Shown here piece by piece: positions 27,456-35,993 of a stretch of 64,000 nt of DNA; position 1 is the first letter of the stretch, and each line of letters starts with the position of its first letter. A program made the position numbers and the translations under genes. This DNA comes from a virus. The stretch covers positions 1-64,000 of IMG/VR virus record IMGVR_UViG_3300002243_000002. The stretch is one strand, 5' to 3'. The notes under the pieces were generated by a model that was not told the DNA's origin, did no database searches, and was given only the letters and a program-made list of their open reading frames with translations.

Positions 27456-28157
27456 CTACGCCCCAAGCTTGCGAAGTGCGGCATCGAAAGCCGCGAAAGC
27501 AATCGGGGATGCCGTGTGCAAGTTCTCGATCATCTTCCTCCATACGGGGCGGGGGGCGGGATTGATCACAAGAGTCCTGCCTGTGAGTTCTCGTGATCTT
27601 GGAGCTCGCAGGCCCTTCGGATGCCCCGCTTCCCCACGACGCAGACTCTGCAGGTACCCCAGCATCTTCTGGGTAATCTGCAGAACGATGGGCACCGGAT
27701 TTTCCAGCTGCTCGGCGACCATCGCCACGGGCACTGGTCTGGGAGCCTTGCTGTAGCTCGGCCCGCGCCAATCGGCTGGATCCCCACTTGGAGCTGCGTA
27801 GGTAGCTTGAGGGTCGATCTCCACCTGGAATCCAACGCCGCCGGACAGCTCGCGCAGCTTCACGTAGCGAGCTAGGCCCGCAGTCCGCTGCATCGGAGAG
27901 CCGCCATGCAACTCCCGTCTGGGCCAGCTGCCTTCGGCCTTTCCCTGCGCGTAGACTGCCGAGGTGAATGGACTTCTCGGGAAGGTCGCTTCGAGGTAGC
28001 CCTGCTGCACACGGCGTTTGGCTTCTTCTGCGAGCGCCTTGGCTGCTGCAAGCTGCGCCTTGCGCAGTCCGGCAGTCATGGAGTTCACTACCGCCTGAAG
28101 GCCTACTAGGGCCTTGCCAGGCACACCGACGCCAAACTGCAGCTTGAGATCGGCCAA
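27456..28157 (-). CDS. hypothetical neck-module protein (start uncertain)
   Basis: Track ORF 27456-28226 overlaps the upstream gene by 59 nt. An in-frame TTG at 28157 has GAGG 7 nt upstream and lies just after the upstream TAG. ATG at 28079 is an alternative start. Confidence 0.4.
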   Translation of the reverse strand: MADLKLQFGVGVPGKALVGLQAVVNSMTAGLRKAQLAAAKALAEEAKRRVQQGYLEATFPRSPFTSAVYAQGKAEGSWPRRELHGGSPMQRTAGLARYVKLRELSGGVGFQVEIDPQATYAAPSGDPADWRGPSYSKAPRPVPVAMVAEQLENPVPIVLQITQKMLGYLQSLRRGEAGHPKGLRAPRSRELTGRTLVINPAPRPVWRKMIENLHTASPIAFAAFDAALRKLGA

Positions 28158-28167
28158 GAGCGCGCCT

Positions 28168-28677
28168 CTACTCCCTCGCCGTGAGGAACACGTGATGCAG
28201 GTCGTAGTGATCTGGTCCCATCCCAAGGGAGGCCGGGCGAATCTCCCAGATGAAGACTGGAGCGTCGAAGGGCAGAACCATCGAGCCTGGCACGTTGTGC
28301 CTCTCGAGGGCGGTGATCATATCGCCCTTCTTTAAGAGGCACGCTCTGGTAGTCGAATCGATGAGGCTTAGCAGCTCGAGCGTGCGGCGATGGAACGTGA
28401 GCCGGAACTTACTGAGTCCATCATCTCCTGCGGCTTCCTGCGCAAGTTCCTCCCAAGTCATGACCTTGATCTGACAAGGTACCCGAATGGCAACAGAGTA
28501 CTGCCTGGCATCTGTACGAGCCCCCGTTCCATCCAGGTACTGCACCGGCTCTCGAAAGATCGAGTCGAATCCGTGGGGTTCCCCCGGAGGCGCCTGCGTC
28601 CAGGTAGCTGTAATGTCCAGACGGCGTACGAGGGCGTCAGCCGGATTCAGCAGAGGTACACGGATCGACGAGAGCAT
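28168..28677 (-). CDS. hypothetical head-tail joining-region protein
   Basis: 169-aa ORF placed between a connector-like gene and the tail genes. No firm motif. Confidence 0.4.
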   Translation of the reverse strand: MLSSIRVPLLNPADALVRRLDITATWTQAPPGEPHGFDSIFREPVQYLDGTGARTDARQYSVAIRVPCQIKVMTWEELAQEAAGDDGLSKFRLTFHRRTLELLSLIDSTTRACLLKKGDMITALERHNVPGSMVLPFDAPVFIWEIRPASLGMGPDHYDLHHVFLTARE

Positions 28678-28693
28678 CGAGAAGGCACCTCCT

Positions 28694-29848
28694 TTACGTG
28701 TACCTGTAGTAGATCCGGTTGTCCCGGCGGTCGTCGTAGGCAGCTTCGATCGGACGCAGGAAGCGATGTAAGATCTGATCGACGAGCTGATCTCCAGTGA
28801 TGTAGAGGCCTCCTGTCGGTGCAGTGGCTGGAGAGATCGAGGCGAACGTGACGCTCTGCGCGTCGGTGCGGTAGCTCTTCACGCTTCCAGAGATCGCTGT
28901 AGGGTCTACAGCTGCAGGATCGCTACGGATCTTGTAGGCCATGCCGATGATAGCTCGAGCCAGATCCCGTGGGGCACGTCCGATGGAAACACCTGGTAGC
29001 GCCGGGTTCGGAGACGGGTCCGTGTAGCCGAACACTCCGGAGATCTCCAGATTCTGTTGGCCGTAGGGCCACATCCAGTCGATCTCGCTCCGGGTGACAC
29101 TTCCAGGATCGTGAGTCACAAGCTCGATCTTCGGATTGCAGCGATCGTCTGGGCTCTGAAGCCCATCGAGGTGGCGGTTGTAGGCTCTCCAGAGGTAAGA
29201 GGGCCACTCGTAGCGTGTCACGGCGCCTGACGAATCCTCGGAGACCGATTCGATCTTCTCGATGGCGATGATGGGCACGTTCAGGAAGTGCATGTAGGTC
29301 GACTCGCCCGAGAAGATCAGCGTCATGTAGCGAGGCTCGAGCACGTTTCCGAGGAGCTGCTCAACGAGCATCGAGGCTTGATGGATGTAGGGCTGTAGCT
29401 GTCCTGCCGTGAGCGATCCGAAGAGCGCAGAGGCGATGAGCTCCTTCGAGGAAGCTAGGCCCATGTACTCGTAGCCTGCAGCGAACTCGATCGGGTCGAG
29501 CACCTCGAAGTCTTGAACCTGCTTGTGAGCTGCGCCTCCGAGCGTCATTGCGAAAGTGCAGGCGACCCGATGTGTCCCCACAGTCCAAGCAGGCACTGCC
29601 GGAGGACCGACAATGGCCGCCGTCGAGGCTGGAATGGCTAGCCGTCCCGGTCCAAGAAGGTGGCCGCCCAATGCAACGGAAGCCAGGTTGAAGTTGCCGG
29701 ATGCCTTCGTGACTGCTGGGGAGACCGAGATGTCCTGAATGAGATAGGAAGCTGAGGCTGGTGTGGTCAGTAGCTGCCCTTGCCGGCAGTAGAGCTGCAG
29801 CAACGGATTGCTACCGGATGATGCTTCTCCCTGAGCGATGCCGCGCAT
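28694..29848 (-). CDS. protein with gp6-like head-tail connector/adaptor domain and N-terminal extension
   Basis: 384 aa. The segment QLQPYIHQASMLVEQLLGNVLEPRYMTLIFSGESTYMHFLNVPIIAIEKIESV resembles the phage gp6-type connector pattern (...A...ie.ytgr.l....y.......g...i.L...Pi..i.sv). Confidence 0.4.
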   Translation of the reverse strand: MRGIAQGEASSGSNPLLQLYCRQGQLLTTPASASYLIQDISVSPAVTKASGNFNLASVALGGHLLGPGRLAIPASTAAIVGPPAVPAWTVGTHRVACTFAMTLGGAAHKQVQDFEVLDPIEFAAGYEYMGLASSKELIASALFGSLTAGQLQPYIHQASMLVEQLLGNVLEPRYMTLIFSGESTYMHFLNVPIIAIEKIESVSEDSSGAVTRYEWPSYLWRAYNRHLDGLQSPDDRCNPKIELVTHDPGSVTRSEIDWMWPYGQQNLEISGVFGYTDPSPNPALPGVSIGRAPRDLARAIIGMAYKIRSDPAAVDPTAISGSVKSYRTDAQSVTFASISPATAPTGGLYITGDQLVDQILHRFLRPIEAAYDDRRDNRIYYRYT

Positions 29849-30083
29849 TCGAGTTCGAGCTCTTTCGATCCCGCGAGAACTGGTGTGCCAGCTTCTTCAA
29901 CCACTTCTGGCTATCTGCAAAGTCTACCGGCTGCAGGCGGGATTGTCGATTTATGAATTGTAGGACGTGTCCGTCAGCTACCTGCTCTGCATCGGCGAAG
30001 TGGAACGTCACTCGCTCCGTGCCGTAGTTGTCGATCGCGAGGACTGTCATTCCACAAGCGTGCAGGTAGATAGCTGCATCCAT
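29811..30083 (-). CDS. small hypothetical protein
   Basis: Track ORF 29811-30272 trimmed to the ATG at 30083 (MDAAIYLHACGMTVLAIDNYGTERVTFHFADAEQVADGHVLQFINRQ...), which avoids overlap with the upstream gene ending at 30148. It loosely recalls small DUF5659-type phage proteins. Confidence 0.35.
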   Translation of the reverse strand: MDAAIYLHACGMTVLAIDNYGTERVTFHFADAEQVADGHVLQFINRQSRLQPVDFADSQKWLKKLAHQFSRDRKSSNSNARHRSGRSIIR

Positions 30084-30147
30084 GTCGTCCACTTCGACGT
30101 GGCTGAAATCGCACGGATCGCGACGGACGACTGGAGATCTGCGACCG

Positions 30148-31263
30148 TTACCGCCCACGTGCTGCGTCCGTGGGAGGTAGCACGGGCATCTGCGGGGGCA
30201 TCTGGGACGTTGCCTGTGCCTGCTGGGGTGCAGCTTCCTGAACCTGCCCCAAACGCTCGGCGAGCTCGGCAACCTCGGCTGAGGCGCTCATGGCAACTGG
30301 CAGCGCCTGAGGTGCGAGATCTGCCTCCCCGAGGTGAGCATCGCCACCTGGAACGTCGAGGGCATCTGGCTGGCTGGCATCGACCGTGGCTGCCTGAGCC
30401 AACACGATGGCCCCCTCCTGCGTTGCGGGCTCGGCTCCCTTTGGACGAGCCGTTGGGATGCCCCGAAGAGCCTGCGCTCGTCCAGCGAAAGCTGGCTGGA
30501 GCTGCAGCTGGATCTGCGGGACGAGCTGCTGTAGCTGCACCCCGGGAGGAACCACGTAAGGGTTTGCCATGAAGGGCTGCGACACCTGCCCGCTGATTGC
30601 GGGGGGCCCTTGCGGAGCCGGAGGAAGCGTGGGGTAGCCCTGCTGCGGCATCATCTGTGGAGCCGGCTGGGCCGCGGGGTTCTGTGGCATCGTCGGAGCC
30701 GGAAAGTGGGGCCCGCCCGGCAAGCCGCCCATCTGCGCAGCCTGCAGGTAGGCTTCGCTGCCGGGAGCCATGTAGACCTGCCCGAGTGCACCTTGCATGG
30801 CGTTGAAGCCAGCTCCGGGCTGATGCGTCTGGCTCCTGGCGGCTCGAGTGATCTCCTCCACCGTCTCTCGGGGGGCTCCGGGGGACAGCCCCATCCGTGT
30901 AAAGGGCTGCTGGGCATATGGCAGCATAGAGACCGCACCGAGGCCCATCAACGCATGGCGATTGTAGGTCTCGGCCATGTCGATCGTGGACTTGGTCTCG
31001 TCGTCGATGACGAAGTCGAAGGCCGGCGGGGAGTTGGGATCCTCCTGCCGTTGCCGGAAGTAGAGGAGCGTCTGCGCGACGGCTGGCTCGACCTTGTACC
31101 ACCTCGGTATCACCGCGATCCCATCGCCACCCTGGAAGATGCGCCCGAGAGCGAAGAGCCGCTCGAGGAAGATTCGATCCTCCTTATGCCGGCGCGGGTC
31201 TTTGACCTTCAGCCGGACCCAGACGTAGCCGTTTGGGAATTCCTGATCGTAGGCCTGCGACAT
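30148..31263 (-). CDS. head-module protein with globular N-terminal domain and long P/Q/A-rich tail
   Basis: Start moved to the ATG at 31263 (MSQAYDQEFPNGYVWVRLKV...), which has AAGGAG 9 nt upstream. 371 aa. From about residue 150 the sequence is low complexity (PQNPAAQPAPQMMPQQGYPTLPPAPQGPPA...QLQQLVPQIQLQLQP...). Confidence 0.5.
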   Translation of the reverse strand: MSQAYDQEFPNGYVWVRLKVKDPRRHKEDRIFLERLFALGRIFQGGDGIAVIPRWYKVEPAVAQTLLYFRQRQEDPNSPPAFDFVIDDETKSTIDMAETYNRHALMGLGAVSMLPYAQQPFTRMGLSPGAPRETVEEITRAARSQTHQPGAGFNAMQGALGQVYMAPGSEAYLQAAQMGGLPGGPHFPAPTMPQNPAAQPAPQMMPQQGYPTLPPAPQGPPAISGQVSQPFMANPYVVPPGVQLQQLVPQIQLQLQPAFAGRAQALRGIPTARPKGAEPATQEGAIVLAQAATVDASQPDALDVPGGDAHLGEADLAPQALPVAMSASAEVAELAERLGQVQEAAPQQAQATSQMPPQMPVLPPTDAARGR

Positions 31264-31343
31264 GGGATGCTGCTCCTTGAACTGGCCCCGCAAGTACGCG
31301 GGCCCCTCCATCCGCCGGAAGATCGGCGGGAGTTCCGAGAGAG

Positions 31344-31685
31344 CTACTTGGAGGTGACCTTCACGATGAAGGTAGTACCATGGTAGTCTCCGTTGACTGC
31401 TTCCGCACCCGTCTGGAGGTCGATGATGCGCATCGTCGAGTCCAGCGGGTTGAAGCGGATCTCGTAGCGCATCAGCGTCGAGTAGACGTGCTCGATGTTG
31501 ACGATCGTCTTACCCTTCATCCCGGTGATGCCCAGGATGTCCGTTGCCCCGGTGCCCGCCACGGACGTGCCGACGCCGGCCACGTAGGTCGCGTCTCCGA
31601 GGAACGAGATGAGGTCTTCGTAGGTCGGCGAGCCCGGATCCGCACCCGAGTAGAAAGCCAGCCTGGTCGTGCCTGCGATTGCCAT
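31344..31685 (-). CDS. hypothetical protein directly after the major capsid gene (possible decoration/cement protein by position)
   Basis: 113-aa ORF with GAGGTAAG upstream. The composition looks beta-rich. The functional call rests on position only. Confidence 0.4.
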   Translation of the reverse strand: MAIAGTTRLAFYSGADPGSPTYEDLISFLGDATYVAGVGTSVAGTGATDILGITGMKGKTIVNIEHVYSTLMRYEIRFNPLDSTMRIIDLQTGAEAVNGDYHGTTFIVKVTSK

Positions 31686-31702
31686 GTTCTTACCTCGTCA
31701 AT

Positions 31703-31753
31703 GGAGCGGGCTTCCGAGGGAACCTCTCGAGGATCCCCGCGGAAGCCCGCTCC
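31703..31753 (-). promoter_or_regulatory. perfect 14-bp GC-rich stem-loop between the major capsid gene and the next gene
   Basis: GGAGCGGGCTTCCG (31703-31716) and CGGAAGCCCGCTCC (31740-31753) are exact reverse complements with a 23-nt loop. They sit in the 79-nt gap after the capsid stop. No U-tract follows on the coding strand. Confidence 0.6.
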
Positions 31754-31764
31754 TGGGGTTGCTG

Positions 31765-32715
31765 TTACGAGCCGGTGACCTGGGTCGCCTTGGCGCAGGT
31801 CGGCTCGTGCTCCATCCCGACGGCGAGACGGAACGTGATGACCACGACGTAGACCTGTGGCGAGGGCCGGAACTCGCGGTCGAGGGTGATCTTACGCCCG
31901 AAGGCGAGGATGACCCCCTTCGAGTTGCCGTACCAGACATTCGTGCTCGTGCCGCCCGGCGCGAGCGTCGATGGGAAACGGGGGATGTTCCGGAGGGGAA
32001 TCCCGGCGTACCCAATCTCCTTCCCTGCCTTCCCTTCGATGATCACATCGCCGAGGGTCGTCGCCCGGTCGGCGAGCGAGTCCACGTAGTCCGCCCTTGC
32101 CTTCCGATTCGTGTAGAAGGCGTCGCTGCCCTGCTCGTCGAACTGTTCGGGCCGAGTGAGGATGAGGTTCTTGAGCACCGTCTTGCTCAGCGTGACGGAG
32201 CCAGCTGGGTAGACGTTCGAGGCGGAGATCTTGAGCAAGCCGTCCGTCAGGGCGAGCCAGTCGTCGGCTGAGGCTGTATCCCCGAGGATTAGCAGGTCTT
32301 CGATGTCTGCGCTGACGTGCTCGCCCATGTAGGAGACGATGGTGGAATCGAATCCGGCACGCTCGACCTGGTCCTCGAGCACCTGGCGTGGCCAGTGGAT
32401 CTCCGCTTTGCCCGTGTAGGAGGTCAGGGTCACACCCGCAAACCCCGGCCGTGACCGCTGGGCAAGTGCGAGTGCCGTAGCCTCGACGGCGGGATGCATG
32501 ACCCGTCCCATCGTGGTGAGCTTCGGGATTTCGGAGGTCGGGTTCTTCATGGTGGCGTTTCTCACCATCTGCATGAAGATCGACTTCTTGATCGCGACGC
32601 GCAGGAACTTCTGTGCCTGCTCGGCGACGAGGAGACCAGAGCCGGCGACGAGCTGGCTCATCGCCATGTCGGCCTTCGCGACGACCGCCGGAATGAGCTG
32701 TGCGTTCGGCGTCAT
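31765..32715 (-). CDS. major capsid protein, HK97 fold
   Basis: 316 aa, preceded by a scaffold-like gene. Pattern ...TSYTGKAEIHWPRQVLEDQVERAGFDSTIVSYMGEHVSADIEDLLILGDTAS... is typical of HK97-family capsids (l.a.v.is.e.leD.......i...l...la...d.a.l.Gdg). Confidence 0.75.
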   Translation of the reverse strand: MTPNAQLIPAVVAKADMAMSQLVAGSGLLVAEQAQKFLRVAIKKSIFMQMVRNATMKNPTSEIPKLTTMGRVMHPAVEATALALAQRSRPGFAGVTLTSYTGKAEIHWPRQVLEDQVERAGFDSTIVSYMGEHVSADIEDLLILGDTASADDWLALTDGLLKISASNVYPAGSVTLSKTVLKNLILTRPEQFDEQGSDAFYTNRKARADYVDSLADRATTLGDVIIEGKAGKEIGYAGIPLRNIPRFPSTLAPGGTSTNVWYGNSKGVILAFGRKITLDREFRPSPQVYVVVITFRLAVGMEHEPTCAKATQVTGS

Positions 32716-32763
32716 GTTTTCAACTCTCCTTGGTTGTCGTCCTCGACAGCCTTCAGCTAAAGC

Positions 32764-33744
32764 CTATTTCTGGGCCAGCAGGTCCTGATCCCAGCTCGGA
32801 TGATCTTCCACATTGACCTCGAGCTGCGCCAGAGTCACCGGCAGAACTGCCGGACCCGGAGCCAGCGTCGCACTCGGTGCGGGGGCGGGCATGAATCCGG
32901 CTCCCGGAGCGGCCTTGGCGACGGTGGCCATCCCCGAGGCGATGCCGTCCTTGAGCGCGGCTCCGAGTGAGGCACCGAACTGTGCGAACATCGCCTGCAT
33001 GTCGGCCTTGGTCACCGACAGGGCATCCCCAGCCGGCGTCGGGACGACGGGAGGCGCAGGCGGTGGCGTGGGAAGCACGACGGGCGCAGTCACGACGGGT
33101 GGAGCCGGTGGGACCACGGAGGGCACGACGATCTGGGCTGTGAGCGACGGAACCGCAGGTGTGACCACGGAGGCAACCCCCGCTGCGGGATTGGGTGCCA
33201 CCACCACCGGCGGGAGCGCCTGGAAGATGCCCTGCTCGAGCTTGTCCAGGCTAAGGATCGACTGCTCGAGCGCGCCCGTCGTGGCGATGTCGTTCGTGTC
33301 GATGATCGCCTGCGAGATCGACTTCCGGAGTGCCGCGAAATCCTCCTTCGTGGCGGGCTTCACGAGGGGAGTGCCCTGCCCATTCGAAAGGAGCGAGAAG
33401 ATCTCGGAGATCTTTGCTCCGGCAGCTTCGGCACCCTCGACGGTCATCTGCGCACCCGACTTTGCGACGGTGAGCAGCGTCCCCAAGATCCCGTGGGCCT
33501 TCTCGAGCGATTCGATGTTGACGGACATGATGGAGGCTCCCTTCGACGAAGACTTGTGAACGATCAGCCAATCGTGGACTGCACCTGCAGGCACTGCACC
33601 GATGCGCTCCGGGAAGATGTACTCGAGGCTGCGTACCTTGGCGACCTTGCTCTTCTTCTTTCGCTTCTTCTCTTCCTCAGACATGGACATCGTTGGCATC
33701 ATGCTTCCAGGCATTTTGTATTCGGTACCCATGACGAGGCTCAC
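32764..33744 (-). CDS. scaffold-like protein with P/V/T/A-rich linker
   Basis: 326 aa, immediately upstream of the capsid gene. Basic KKRKKKSK patch, helical Ala-rich middle, and the tract PPVVVAPNPAAGVASVVTPAVPSLTAQIVVPSVVPPAPPVVTAPVVLPTPPPAPPVVPTPAG. The scaffold call rests on position and composition only. Confidence 0.4.
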   Translation of the reverse strand: MSLVMGTEYKMPGSMMPTMSMSEEEKKRKKKSKVAKVRSLEYIFPERIGAVPAGAVHDWLIVHKSSSKGASIMSVNIESLEKAHGILGTLLTVAKSGAQMTVEGAEAAGAKISEIFSLLSNGQGTPLVKPATKEDFAALRKSISQAIIDTNDIATTGALEQSILSLDKLEQGIFQALPPVVVAPNPAAGVASVVTPAVPSLTAQIVVPSVVPPAPPVVTAPVVLPTPPPAPPVVPTPAGDALSVTKADMQAMFAQFGASLGAALKDGIASGMATVAKAAPGAGFMPAPAPSATLAPGPAVLPVTLAQLEVNVEDHPSWDQDLLAQK

Positions 33745-33832
33745 TAGTCCGTTATCTCCTAGGAACCTGCATAACGCAACATTTTTTTGTGGAGTCTGCG
33801 AAGGAAGCTGAGAAGATAGCCAACTCGAGCTG

Positions 33833-34924
33833 CTAGGAAGGCAGGATCTGCTCTTCCATCTTTCCTAGACAATTCGCATAGATGGACCATGAATTGAGCC
33901 GGCGCTCGAGCGCTTGTTTCGCGTATTGCGCGTCCAGAATCCTGGCACCCTGAAACCAGGTTCCTGCCGGAAACACTTCTGGCTTGCCGTCCCGATCCGT
34001 CAGTTGCATTTCGATTGGCGCCGTGAAGTTGTCGAGCATCACGATTTCGGATTCGTCAAGGCTGCGTCCTTGTGGCCCCGCCGCGAATTCGTGGTGCACC
34101 TCGAAGGCTCGCTTCGCCGAAGTCCAGAACTCGAAGGCGCCACGAATTGCAGGGGCTTCCGCTCTGTCACCGATGGCTCCCGTGGGCGTTCCATCCGGGA
34201 AGGTTGTGGTCGTGTCGATCTTCCCGGGAATTAACGTCGGCCCGAACACATATACGGAATCTTCCGGGAAGAGTCTGCCGAGGGAGATTGCATCCGCCTT
34301 CACGACACGGAAAGGAATCCGGGGGGCTTTACCCTCGAAGAAGATACCCGGGGCACTCTTAGCCGCGACGATCGTGATGTTGATTCCGAGAGCCTCCCAA
34401 GTTGTCATGCGGCGCCCACCGTAGCTCCACTCGAGCTCGAGATCATGCGTCGGCATCGTCTCGGCGAAGCTGGAGCCGTCAGCTTTTGCCTGATCGAAAG
34501 GCTTGAGCACGATCCCTGGAGGAAGCCACTTCGTGAACATCTTCAGGATCGCCCCCTCGAGTCCAGCTAGGGCACCCCCCTCCACCTTCAGGAACACATC
34601 GCCAGCCTCGAGCCCTTTCACAAGGGAGACCACACCATCTTGCAGACGAACCGTGCGCCGCAGATAGGCACCCACCTCGTAGAGATCTGCCGGTGAGGGA
34701 TTCTCAACGAGGGTTCCAGCCGCCTTCGAGAGCGCGTCGAAGTGTCGATGCTCGAAGCTGCGCTTCTGCATCTCCGTGACGATTGCCTGCTCGCAGCCCA
34801 CGATGCCCTCCGTAGGAGCCTCGCCGAAATCGTTGTGCAGCTCCTGGTGCATCTGTAGGATGTCCTGATCCCCACAGTAGTCCAGCGATGCGGTACGCAT
34901 AATCCACTGAGTGAGCGTGTACAT
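33833..34924 (-). CDS. hypothetical head-module protein
   Basis: 363-aa ORF between the portal and scaffold-like genes. No protease or other motif recognised. Confidence 0.5.
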   Translation of the reverse strand: MYTLTQWIMRTASLDYCGDQDILQMHQELHNDFGEAPTEGIVGCEQAIVTEMQKRSFEHRHFDALSKAAGTLVENPSPADLYEVGAYLRRTVRLQDGVVSLVKGLEAGDVFLKVEGGALAGLEGAILKMFTKWLPPGIVLKPFDQAKADGSSFAETMPTHDLELEWSYGGRRMTTWEALGINITIVAAKSAPGIFFEGKAPRIPFRVVKADAISLGRLFPEDSVYVFGPTLIPGKIDTTTTFPDGTPTGAIGDRAEAPAIRGAFEFWTSAKRAFEVHHEFAAGPQGRSLDESEIVMLDNFTAPIEMQLTDRDGKPEVFPAGTWFQGARILDAQYAKQALERRLNSWSIYANCLGKMEEQILPS

Positions 34925-34935
34925 TTTCTGGCTTC

Positions 34936-35514
34936 CTACTTTCCCGCTGCGATGCGGCTCATCTCCTCAGAGGTGGCAGAGAAATCCGTCTCCGGTTCTC
35001 CCACTTCGAGCTCCCGTATGTCTTCTGCTTCTATCACATCCCTAGCGTCCGAAGCAGCGATAGCAGAAACCGGCATCAGCGATGGTTGAGGCTCCTCACT
35101 TGGAGCCTTCCACGCGGATCTTGGAGCGGCTGCCGACGCTTGATCTGCCGCCCGTCGCTGTTCGATGATGGCGAAGAAGAGGAGCGACTCCATCATGTCG
35201 ATGAGTCGGATGGCCGACATCTCCATGTCGTGATAACCCATCCTGAAAACATCGAGGCAGATCTGCACACGTTCCTGGATGAGCGCCTCGGTGATGACCC
35301 TCGGAGCTGCCCGAGGATCGCGTAGAGAAGCTTGCACTGCAGCGACGATAGCCATCGCGAAGCGGTCTTGAAGCTGCCCTTCCGGATTCAGCTGCGTGTT
35401 CGTGTCTAGCACGAGCTGTATATCCGCTGGTACGAGAAGGTAGGAGGCGATCGAAGCTCCATCCGGAGCGCCGCCGATGAGCTGCTTGGTAAGGGGGTCC
35501 AGATCTTGGCTCAT
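34936..35514 (-). CDS. hypothetical head-module protein
   Basis: 192-aa ORF with a 4-nt overlap with the upstream gene. Helical composition and an acidic C-terminus. Confidence 0.5.
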   Translation of the reverse strand: MSQDLDPLTKQLIGGAPDGASIASYLLVPADIQLVLDTNTQLNPEGQLQDRFAMAIVAAVQASLRDPRAAPRVITEALIQERVQICLDVFRMGYHDMEMSAIRLIDMMESLLFFAIIEQRRAADQASAAAPRSAWKAPSEEPQPSLMPVSAIAASDARDVIEAEDIRELEVGEPETDFSATSEEMSRIAAGK

Positions 35515-35993
35515 CTCGCTCCCTCTTTCTTCTTGAGGAAGGGCTTGAGCACCGCATCGGTCACGCTACGAATCGCACCGAGGGAGCTTGCCAGCACGAG
35601 CCCGACGGCTCGCCCACGTACGGAAGTCACGATTCCCCTCTCCGTCCTCGAGATGACGATCTCGTCCGGTCCGAAGCAATCGCGGCACAGCCCGCGAACC
35701 AGGTTTCCGCGGTACAGCACCACGATCCCCTCGTCCAGAGGCCGGATGCGCCCGCATCCCTTTCCATTCGTACCGCCGCCGTCGCACTTGTAGAGCCCCC
35801 GCTTGACGAGAGAGGCCCTCTCGACGATGCTTGCGAGCTGCCGGCTGATCTCACGTTCCTCCATCAGCTTCTCCAGCTTGTTTTCCGTCTCCGCTTTCCG
35901 AGCCTTCGTCTCCGTCTCCGTCGGCGTCGCCGGCTCCAACTTGTCCAGGATCTTTTCCATCTTGTCCTTCCTCAACTGACGTCGAGGAGGCAT
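35511..35993 (-). CDS. hypothetical protein with Cys4 zinc-ribbon-like motif (start uncertain)
   Basis: Contains YKCDGGGTNGKGCG...GLCRDCFGP. The long ORF overlaps the portal 3' end. An ATG at 35864 (MEEREISRQ...) would reduce the overlap to 14 nt. Confidence 0.4.
   Translation of the reverse strand: MPPRRQLRKDKMEKILDKLEPATPTETETKARKAETENKLEKLMEEREISRQLASIVERASLVKRGLYKCDGGGTNGKGCGRIRPLDEGIVVLYRGNLVRGLCRDCFGPDEIVISRTERGIVTSVRGRAVGLVLASSLGAIRSVTDAVLKPFLKKKEGAR

Noticed and set aside
33833-34924. The 363-aa head-module ORF as the prohead protease.
   Set aside because: The position is right, but I could not find an S49/ClpP, HK97 (S78) or U9/U35-type catalytic motif by eye. It is left as hypothetical.
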